This document shows, one piece after another, positions 26,253 through 33,976 of a stretch of 64,000 nucleotides of DNA. Made by a program: the position numbers and the translations under genes. The notes under the pieces were generated by a model. That model had not been told where the DNA came from. It was given only the letters and a program-made list of their open reading frames with translations, and made no database searches. Location of the stretch: the NCBI GenBank assembly GCA_944358115.1, contig CALVQH010000002.1, positions 1,353 to 65,352 of the forward strand, given 5' to 3'. How positions within the stretch are numbered: position 1 is the stretch's first letter; the number at the start of each line of letters is the position of its first letter. This DNA is from an uncultured Bacilli bacterium. Lineage in GTDB: Bacteria > Bacillota_I > Bacilli_A > RF39 > UBA660.

Positions 26253-27083
26253 TCAAGTACCACTTATTTTTACTAAAAGATCATACACTTTTATACATTC
26301 ACCTGATGGAAAATCTATAACATAGTTTGATTTATATTTTCCTCTAGTAGCATATGAATTAAATATTTCAGAAATCAATTCTTGTGTTGGCATTATGCCA
26401 ATATTAGCTAAAGATTGCACAACATATCTAGTTGCATTTATAACATAATCGTAATTAACAATTGCAACCGGATGATAATCTAAAGAACTAAAGTCAATAT
26501 CTTTATCTATTTCATCTTTTGAAAGCTCTACAAGTTGGAATATTTTTTGTGGATTAATAATTGCTTCTTTTTCAAAGCAAGCTGTTTTATCCAAATAACA
26601 AATAATATCTTCTTTTTTTATTTTCGCTTTAAATACCGTTCCCTTAGAACCATATTTTTTATAGAACCATATTGCCCTTTTTCTATCAATAGTCCATGAT
26701 ATAGCATTCGAATCACCATTTTCATTTGTACCACGATAAATAGTTACTTCATTTGGAAATTTTAAAAATCTTCTATAATCTGCACCCATTATTTTTTTAG
26801 GATCAGCCATTTTAAATAAATCCAAAATTTCCTCTAATGATAATTTACTTTCTTTTGAATTAACGCCTAAAGTTTTTGTGTAAGCATATTTAAGACCGCG
26901 ACAATAATCATCTGGTGATAATAATTGACTTATTTGTTTAAAAATATACAATCTATACTCAGGCAATAATACCTGTATTATGGTATGCAAATCCGCTGAT
27001 TCAAGTAAAGCAAGAGTATTACCTAGATAATTACTATATTTCTTTTTTAATAAATAAACAATCGAATCATACTTATAATTCAT
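26253..27083 (-). CDS. hypothetical protein with possible R-S-E ADP-ribosyltransferase-like C-terminal half
   Basis: 276 aa. VTIYRGT ... AISWTIDRKRAIWF ... CFEKEAIINP gives candidate Arg / S-x-T / E-x-E positions. The spacing between Arg and S-x-T is shorter than in classical ARTs. Confidence 0.3.
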   Translation of the reverse strand: MNYKYDSIVYLLKKKYSNYLGNTLALLESADLHTIIQVLLPEYRLYIFKQISQLLSPDDYCRGLKYAYTKTLGVNSKESKLSLEEILDLFKMADPKKIMGADYRRFLKFPNEVTIYRGTNENGDSNAISWTIDRKRAIWFYKKYGSKGTVFKAKIKKEDIICYLDKTACFEKEAIINPQKIFQLVELSKDEIDKDIDFSSLDYHPVAIVNYDYVINATRYVVQSLANIGIMPTQELISEIFNSYATRGKYKSNYVIDFPSGECIKVYDLLVKISGT

Positions 27084-27141
27084 GTTATACCACCCACTGA
27101 CATCAAGATAGTATTATACAGTAGGTTTTTAAAATATGCAA

Positions 27142-27444
27142 TTAAATATTAATTTCTAATTCTTCTTTTCGATTATAATATTCAGATACAATTCTTTTAA
27201 AAGAATTATATTGAAAATCATCTTTCATTTCATTAGAGATATAATCAACTATTTCATTTACTTGTTTCTGTGTTAAAACCTGATTGTAAACTTCTTCTAA
27301 TTCTTTTTGCTGTTTCTCTGTTCCTAGAGATAATTGCAAAGGAGTATCGCTAAGATACTTTTTTTCAACTAAACAATGAGCTAACGACTCTCTATATTCA
27401 CCATCTAAAGAAAGTAAACTTTCTTCAAGCATACTTATTGTCAT
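27142..27444 (-). CDS. hypothetical protein (100 aa)
   Basis: ORF only. Confidence 0.55.
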   Translation of the reverse strand: MTISMLEESLLSLDGEYRESLAHCLVEKKYLSDTPLQLSLGTEKQQKELEEVYNQVLTQKQVNEIVDYISNEMKDDFQYNSFKRIVSEYYNRKEELEINI

Positions 27445-27521
27445 AATCTTGTCCTCCTTCCCATTTATTTCTATAATTTCCCTTATTTTTACAACTTTAA
27501 AAATTAAACAGGATATGGTGT

Positions 27522-27640
27522 TTGCACCAGTTAAAAGAACAAACCCTTATTTTATAAGGCTTTTTCTTTTATTTTACTGGTGCAATTCTATTTTTGCACT
27601 CGCAAAAATACATACTTTTTACATATAAAAATATGTATTT
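27522..27640. promoter_or_regulatory. cluster of nested inverted repeats (candidate oriT / single-strand origin / terminator-promoter hub)
   Basis: TTGCACCAGT (27522-27531) / ACTGGTGCAA (27576-27585) encloses CCTTAT-TTT-ATAAGG. TTTTTGC-ACTC-GCAAAAA lies at 27591-27608, and AAATACATA (27607-27615) / TATGTATTT (27632-27640) follows. Confidence 0.4.
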
Positions 27641-27698
27641 TATTTTAAAAAACCAGGTAAACTCTAGCTTAATTGGTAAGTATTTATTTTTAAAGTTG

Positions 27699-28160
27699 CT
27701 AATTTTCATTATTCTTATTTATTTGTAACATTTTTTCTTGTGTATTTAAATTAACATCTCTTTTTGTGCTTATTTTTTGCTTTTTTTCAATATATTCATT
27801 CATACAGCCAATAATCTCTAAGAAAATGGTTTGTAAATTATTTTCTTTTTCTATCTCTTTAATTACTTTTTTTGGATTAAAATTTTTAGCAATTCGATTA
27901 TCAGAATATTGATAATTCATACTGATTAGATTCATATCATTATCATAATTAATTTGAATATCATTTATTTTATTTTTATAGTTAGAGATATTAAAAACAA
28001 TCTCTTTAATATAATCCGAATCTAAATAATTTATATTAAAATCAACCCCATATTTATTTTTTATTTCTACCATTTTTTGTTGATAATCAAATCTTGCTTT
28101 TTGCTGTTCCTTCATTTTTTCTTTGATTAAATTTTGACTATCATAATACAATATCCTCAC
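27699..28160 (-). CDS. hypothetical protein (153 aa)
   Basis: ORF overlaps the primase gene end by 20 nt. Confidence 0.6.
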   Translation of the reverse strand: MRILYYDSQNLIKEKMKEQQKARFDYQQKMVEIKNKYGVDFNINYLDSDYIKEIVFNISNYKNKINDIQINYDNDMNLISMNYQYSDNRIAKNFNPKKVIKEIEKENNLQTIFLEIIGCMNEYIEKKQKISTKRDVNLNTQEKMLQINKNNEN

Positions 28161-29094
28161 CCTCTTTTTCAGTTCTTAAATAATTGTCGTATTTATAAAG
28201 AGCATTAATGTATTGAAAACTCTCTTTTAATTTTTTCTTATTTTTCACTAAGGCCTCATTAATATCTTTTGCATTATCTACAAATGCAGATAAATTACAA
28301 TCATAAGACTTAACTCCTAAACAAGATAATTTTTCCTTCAATTCTTTACTCGCTTTTATCCCTGACTCATCATTATCAAACGTAATAACAATTGCACCTT
28401 TATAATTACTCTTCTTTATCGCTTGAATCAATGAATTGATATTCCCTACTCCATTAATACTTGTTGTTTTAACCTTATTATCGACCATTTCTAATGATAA
28501 AGAATCAATAATACCTTCAGTTACATAAATCAGATCTTCCTTACTACCATTTAAAAAATAGTGCTTATTCCATATATCACTATTTCCCTTACTTTTTAAT
28601 TTAAGATCATTATTTACTGAACGAGCATAATAACAATATTTATTAATAGGAAAGATAACTAATTGCCTTTCGTTATCATAACCAATTCTATATTTATCAA
28701 TTAGTTCTTGTGATATTCCTCTTTGTAATAAATAATTTGTTTCATGAATATTTTTAATACACTTATTAAAATAATTGGTATAATCATACTTAATTATTTT
28801 TTGATTAAATTCTGATTTTTCTGGGACATAATTTAAAAACAATTCTTCAACCTTTTTTATTTGCTCTTGAAAAGAAGATAAATGAAAATCTAATTTTACT
28901 AATGAAAATATATCGTAGTGTACTCCACATGCAAAACATTTACATATATTATATTTGGGTGTATAGATCATACTAGGATGTTCATCCCCATGTTCGGGGT
29001 TTAAACATCGAAAAAATTTTTTTGGATTTGTTATTCCATGATATTTTTTTAAATAATCAGGTAAATATTTTCTATATTCATTTATATCTTTCAT
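28141..29094 (-). CDS. DNA primase (CHC2 zinc finger + Toprim)
   Basis: CLNPEHGDEHPS...CKCFACGVHYDIFSLV (zf-CHC2). Toprim motifs YVTEGIIDSLSL and ITFDNDESG. Confidence 0.85.
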   Translation of the reverse strand: MKDINEYRKYLPDYLKKYHGITNPKKFFRCLNPEHGDEHPSMIYTPKYNICKCFACGVHYDIFSLVKLDFHLSSFQEQIKKVEELFLNYVPEKSEFNQKIIKYDYTNYFNKCIKNIHETNYLLQRGISQELIDKYRIGYDNERQLVIFPINKYCYYARSVNNDLKLKSKGNSDIWNKHYFLNGSKEDLIYVTEGIIDSLSLEMVDNKVKTTSINGVGNINSLIQAIKKSNYKGAIVITFDNDESGIKASKELKEKLSCLGVKSYDCNLSAFVDNAKDINEALVKNKKKLKESFQYINALYKYDNYLRTEKEGEDIVL

Positions 29095-30032
29095 AATGTA
29101 TATTCTTTTTTTAACGAATTTTCATAATTTCGATCAACATAGATTGGTTTATTTCTATATTCTATTTTGTAAATATCATTAAAATTAAAATCCGTATATT
29201 TTCCAAATTGCTTTTCATATTCCCTACGATCAGAAGCTGACATATTATAAGTAGAAATATAAGAATTAGATACACTATTCATCAATGATGTTTTATCATA
29301 TTTAAAATCAAATGCTATATCATTTTTATAAATATATACATGTACCGTTGAAGCAGCAATTTTTTCCAAAGATATTCTTATTTCTCGCGCCTTATGTAGT
29401 GGATGATTTTTATTATTAAGAATTGAAGTTAAATATTCATTCTTAACATCGTTATCTTTTAGATTTTCACCTATATACTTTTTATTTTTTTGAATGTAAT
29501 CAAATGCCCAATCAAAAACATATTCTTCATGGTCTAAATATTTTAAAATATCTTCGTTTGATATTTTAGATATATTAGTATTGTATTTGTAATTCGTTTT
29601 TCCTCTTATAAAATCAGATTCAATATCACTAACGTCAACATATCCTTTATAATCATTGACCGCTTTATAAAATTCTTCTTTATTTTGATATACGTAATCA
29701 TTAATACAAGTATTTAACTTGGAAATTAATCCCAATTCTAACTCTGACAGATCTTTGAATATTTTATCATCCCAAGAAAGTTTTAAAGCATTTTTTAAAT
29801 TATAATCTATAGCAAATAAAACATTTTTTTCTTTATCATATATTCCAGCATATTTTAAACTGCTACCAATACCAACATAACTAAGATAATTCCCATAGAT
29901 TAAATCTAAATTTTCTGAATATGGATATTTAATAAATATATAATCTGAATCATAAAAGATCATATTATCAGATTTAAGCCATTGAAATATTTTGCTATTG
30001 TATACTTCTGATTCTAATTTATCTCTCATCAT
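29091..30032 (-). CDS. hypothetical protein (313 aa)
   Basis: ORF with a 4-nt overlap with the primase gene. Confidence 0.65.
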   Translation of the reverse strand: MMRDKLESEVYNSKIFQWLKSDNMIFYDSDYIFIKYPYSENLDLIYGNYLSYVGIGSSLKYAGIYDKEKNVLFAIDYNLKNALKLSWDDKIFKDLSELELGLISKLNTCINDYVYQNKEEFYKAVNDYKGYVDVSDIESDFIRGKTNYKYNTNISKISNEDILKYLDHEEYVFDWAFDYIQKNKKYIGENLKDNDVKNEYLTSILNNKNHPLHKAREIRISLEKIAASTVHVYIYKNDIAFDFKYDKTSLMNSVSNSYISTYNMSASDRREYEKQFGKYTDFNFNDIYKIEYRNKPIYVDRNYENSLKKEYTL

Positions 30033-30053
30033 ACTCCCCCTTTCAATAATTAA

Positions 30054-30455
30054 TTACCAAATGGTACTATAGCATATTGGCAAGAAAAAAAAGAAAATTA
30101 ATATCATTAGAACAGCAACAACTATAAAAAGACAAAAGTTGATGTCATCATTTTTATACTCAAAATTATTAAATGTTCTATTATAACTATTTAAACCATA
30201 CCCATCACTAATTTTATTATCATTTACACTATCTTCTAAATGGTAAACTTTTAACTTATTTAAAGAATCTGCTAAATCATTAAAACCTTTTAATCTTAAT
30301 TTTTCAATATTATCTAAATCTTTTTCGTTTATATAAAGATCATCATTTATTTGTATAATTGAAAATCTATAATTTCTTATTTCTTTTAAACTTAAAACAA
30401 TTTTATCTTTCATTTCTACCTCCAAACTAAAAATTATATTCTTTGTTTTCGTCAA
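30054..30455 (-). CDS. hypothetical protein with C-terminal TM anchor (133 aa)
   Basis: C-terminal FCLFIVVAVLMILIFFFFLPI. Confidence 0.55.
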   Translation of the reverse strand: MTKTKNIIFSLEVEMKDKIVLSLKEIRNYRFSIIQINDDLYINEKDLDNIEKLRLKGFNDLADSLNKLKVYHLEDSVNDNKISDGYGLNSYNRTFNNFEYKNDDINFCLFIVVAVLMILIFFFFLPICYSTIW

Positions 30456-31185
30456 CTACATATTCCACAGAATTATTATTTAATTCTATATTATTATTTG
30501 GCATATGTCTTGTAATTGTATGACTATCTTCCTTTTCAATAGTACTAATGATTTGGTTCGCAATGCTAGATGAAAAAAATAATTCATTATTATTCATAAC
30601 AGAGTTTTTATAAATATCATTCAATCTATGGACTAAATTAGTATCTATATCTCTTGGATTATCTATTAAATTGCAAAAATGAATTGCTATAGCTCTAAAA
30701 ATAGTTTCATTATCTTTTTGAGCTAAATAATTTACTAAACTTCTAGTAATGTCTTTTTCATTTGTCATTGGTTCTATAACTAGTTCACTTTCATTCAATT
30801 TTTTAAGAAATTCATAATGTGGAAGTGGACATGTATCAACTAAACTATTTTTAAACTCTTCTGTACTATACAAATAATTTGCAAATCGATCAAAATCTTC
30901 TAAATCATTACAATGTATATGTACTTCCTCTGTATAAACTTCAGCTTTATTGCTAGCCCTATCATAATAACTGACTTTAACATCTGGATTTGAAAAACAT
31001 ATAGACTGATTATTTTTATCAATCATAATAGTCCTCATATCTTTGCTTTCATAATATTCATCTAAAATATTCATGAAATCCAAATTATTATTAATGTAAG
31101 TAGTATATTTATTACTATACTCATTATTGTTATTTAATAACAGAATAACTAGTTGACAGTTAATTTTATAGTTGTTCATAGACAT
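30427..31185 (-). CDS. hypothetical protein (252 aa)
   Basis: ORF only. Confidence 0.6.
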   Translation of the reverse strand: MSMNNYKINCQLVILLLNNNNEYSNKYTTYINNNLDFMNILDEYYESKDMRTIMIDKNNQSICFSNPDVKVSYYDRASNKAEVYTEEVHIHCNDLEDFDRFANYLYSTEEFKNSLVDTCPLPHYEFLKKLNESELVIEPMTNEKDITRSLVNYLAQKDNETIFRAIAIHFCNLIDNPRDIDTNLVHRLNDIYKNSVMNNNELFFSSSIANQIISTIEKEDSHTITRHMPNNNIELNNNSVEYVVDENKEYNF

Positions 31186-31471
31186 CTTCCTTTTCTACTT
31201 CTTCTTCGATTATATTAGACTTTTCTTTTTCACGATACCAGAGTTTCATGGTTTTGCCTGTATTTTTGTTATATGCTAGCCAATATAAATAAGCATCACT
31301 AAATGGAGTTATCTTTCCTTGTAAAAGAAGATTAAAGCCTTCCTTTTTTAAATAATCAATCACGTCTTTTTGAATATGCTTTTTCTTATTAGTTTTTAAA
31401 GACATTATTGTATCTTTTGTATCATAGTCGTAAATTTCAATAATTTTCATATTTACCCCGTTATTATGCAA
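31166..31471 (-). CDS. hypothetical protein (101 aa)
   Basis: ORF only. Confidence 0.55.
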   Translation of the reverse strand: MHNNGVNMKIIEIYDYDTKDTIMSLKTNKKKHIQKDVIDYLKKEGFNLLLQGKITPFSDAYLYWLAYNKNTGKTMKLWYREKEKSNIIEEEVEKEDVYEQL

Positions 31472-32156
31472 GTGGTATTTCTTCTATTCCACTTTTATCT
31501 TGCATATTTTCGTGTAACTTTTTATTATAAACATACTGAGGGGTATAAAACACAGAATACACCTTTTGAGTTAAAGTGTCCTGATGTTTTACTACTCCAC
31601 TAGCTCCATACAATGATAAATTAAGATAAGTCATACATGCACAAAATAATGATACGTCATCACCTTCTACAAAAACACAATCTAAATCAATACCTTTTTT
31701 TTCAAGATATTTTAAAGCAGAAAGAAGTGTTCTGCCACTTCCACAAGCAGGATCATTAATTGAAATATATCCTTTTTTCTTTATTGTATTATTTACATCT
31801 ATATTTTCTAGGGTGATTTGCGTCATTAGATTACACAAATGTTCTGGTGTGAAGTACTGCCTATTTATTGAATTAAATAGACCGAATTCTTCATATAATT
31901 CACCAAGAATATCTCGTGGGTTTTCCTTAGCATATTCTAATGTTAGATATGCAATCATTTCAGCAAATCCATCCAAATCTTCGTTTTGATATTTACTAGA
32001 AATTGCTAAATATTGATCTTCTTTTGATTGATCATAGTACACAGAATTAGATATAGCATAAGCAGCACAGATTACAAAATCTTCAAATACTGTTTTAATG
32101 TTTTTCTTATTGCCAATCTCTAAAATTTTTTGCTTTATAAGTTCTTTATTTTTCAT
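31464..32156 (-). CDS. N6-adenine DNA-methyltransferase-like protein lacking a recognisable catalytic NPPY/F motif
   Basis: Start moved to MKNKELIK (GGAGGAGG RBS). RQYFTPEHLCNLM (motif X-like), NDPACGSGRTLL (SAM motif I) and MTYLNLSLYG (HsdM-like). The ORF ends ~35 aa later with no (D/N)PP(Y/F/W). Confidence 0.6.
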   Translation of the reverse strand: MKNKELIKQKILEIGNKKNIKTVFEDFVICAAYAISNSVYYDQSKEDQYLAISSKYQNEDLDGFAEMIAYLTLEYAKENPRDILGELYEEFGLFNSINRQYFTPEHLCNLMTQITLENIDVNNTIKKKGYISINDPACGSGRTLLSALKYLEKKGIDLDCVFVEGDDVSLFCACMTYLNLSLYGASGVVKHQDTLTQKVYSVFYTPQYVYNKKLHENMQDKSGIEEIPLA

Positions 32157-32508
32157 TATCCTCCTCCATTTTATGATTTTTAACTTGTATAATTGCATCA
32201 CCAAGAGCCTGTGTAAATTGCATCATAGATAAAATCTCATAAGGATTAGATGTTCCCCAATTTAAGTTATATAAAAAAATCTTTTCATACTTTGGCCTAA
32301 CAAATTGCATATAAAAAGAATCGAGAACATCTGCGATTCTTAATATAAGCTGTGGTTCAGGACACTTTATAGCTCCTATTTCAATTTCATAAATAGTATC
32401 TTTATCACAATCTACTAAGTGAGCAAAATGTGCAATGGAATAGCCAAAAACATCTCTTCTTAAATGTCTTATCTTTCTTCCAAAATTTCTTCTATAAATA
32501 TTTATCAT
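32146..32508 (-). CDS. XRE-type HTH protein
   Basis: FGRKIRHLRRDVFGYSIAHFAHLVDCDKDTIYEIEIG. Confidence 0.6.
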   Translation of the reverse strand: MINIYRRNFGRKIRHLRRDVFGYSIAHFAHLVDCDKDTIYEIEIGAIKCPEPQLILRIADVLDSFYMQFVRPKYEKIFLYNLNWGTSNPYEILSMMQFTQALGDAIIQVKNHKMEEDNEK

Positions 32509-32523
32509 ATTTCCCCCTAACTT

Positions 32524-32934
32524 TTAATAGCTATAATCATATTGATTAGAATTCACCTTTTCAATGATTTGTTCATATATTTGTGAAGCTGTCTCTTCAA
32601 ATCCAAACCATGCTAATAAATTCTTGTTTGTAATATCTAAAACTAACGGATCTTCTTTATCAAATTTATCACCAAAAATTTCTTCCATTGGAATGCCTAT
32701 ATTACTAACCATTTTATTAATGTTATTTTTATATTTATCATAAAAATTTGTTGTATCTTCATAATATATTAAATTTGGAATAATACCAGAAATACAACCA
32801 TACTTCATTAAATCTTCCATTGCTAAAATCATTTTTTCCATTGTAGAATCTTTATAATTTTCTATATAATAATCAATTACATAGTTTTTTAAATCATCAC
32901 CATTTCTAACTTCTTCAAGATATTTTTCTACCAT
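32524..32934 (-). CDS. hypothetical acidic protein (136 aa)
   Basis: ORF only. Confidence 0.6.
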   Translation of the reverse strand: MVEKYLEEVRNGDDLKNYVIDYYIENYKDSTMEKMILAMEDLMKYGCISGIIPNLIYYEDTTNFYDKYKNNINKMVSNIGIPMEEIFGDKFDKEDPLVLDITNKNLLAWFGFEETASQIYEQIIEKVNSNQYDYSY

Positions 32935-33976
32935 AAATTCCCCCTTCTGTTATATTACCTTGATATTTTTCGAACCCAAACTGTACATATTCCATGAAAT
33001 CCATGTAAATTCCTTTATCATTTACAACGTCAATATGTAAATGAGGTCCCGTACTCCGACCAGTAGTTGAAGTTAAACCTAGCAAATCATTTCTTTCTAC
33101 TCTTGTACCTTCTCTAATACCATATGGCATACTCATATACTTAATGTGTCGATAAGTTACTATTAGACCATTGTCGCACTTGACTGATATATAATTACCA
33201 GTTGCATTTTTAGATTCATTGTAGGACAAATCATTATTTTGTGTCATAATCACTTCATCAATTGTTCCGTTACATACTGAATAAAATTCAGTTCCAATGG
33301 GTACAGCAAAATCCCATCCAGAATGAAAATTAGCAGAGGCTTGTTCCTCCTCTGTTAAATCTAAATTTACTTCTCTATTTTCAAAAACAAAAGAAGTAGT
33401 AGTAAAGTCTTGTTCTAAATCAAATGGAAATGAAAACGGAAGATATGGATAATCTTCAGTATAATCATCTGAAGTCGCCACATCTTTATCTAATACATAA
33501 CAAAGATTTAAAGCCTCAATTTCAACGCCATTTTCATTTGTTCCACTTTCAATTGTATATTCTGGTAAATCTTCATTTTCTTTTAATTCTTTACAAACAG
33601 TTTTAATCGGTTTCATTTGCCTAGATTGCACATTTAAATTTGCCAAATAAGCCTCTTTCCATGTTTCATCAGATAGCGTTGTAACATCTAAAACATTATT
33701 TGTTCTTTGTAAATAAAATACAAGTCTTTCTAAACTAACATATCCGTTGGCAACCATAAGTTCATCTAGCAGTAATCTATATCGCTGGGCATAGATCTGA
33801 TTATTTACAACTGCTGACATCCCCCTATAATCTCCAGCTAAATTATTCGCACTCTCATATCCGATATTTACTCCAAAAATAGCCGCAATTAATGAAATTA
33901 CGATTACAAAAAAACCAACTACTCCAATTAGGATGCACACAATTTTAATCGTCAATAATTTCTTGAGTAATTTCAT
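32915..33976 (-). CDS. membrane-anchored M23-family peptidoglycan endopeptidase (conjugation cell-wall hydrolase)
   Basis: N-terminal TM, with M23 motifs HSGWDFAVPIGTEFYSV and TGPHLHIDV. Confidence 0.85.
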   Translation of the reverse strand: MKLLKKLLTIKIVCILIGVVGFFVIVISLIAAIFGVNIGYESANNLAGDYRGMSAVVNNQIYAQRYRLLLDELMVANGYVSLERLVFYLQRTNNVLDVTTLSDETWKEAYLANLNVQSRQMKPIKTVCKELKENEDLPEYTIESGTNENGVEIEALNLCYVLDKDVATSDDYTEDYPYLPFSFPFDLEQDFTTTSFVFENREVNLDLTEEEQASANFHSGWDFAVPIGTEFYSVCNGTIDEVIMTQNNDLSYNESKNATGNYISVKCDNGLIVTYRHIKYMSMPYGIREGTRVERNDLLGLTSTTGRSTGPHLHIDVVNDKGIYMDFMEYVQFGFEKYQGNITEGGIYGRKIS

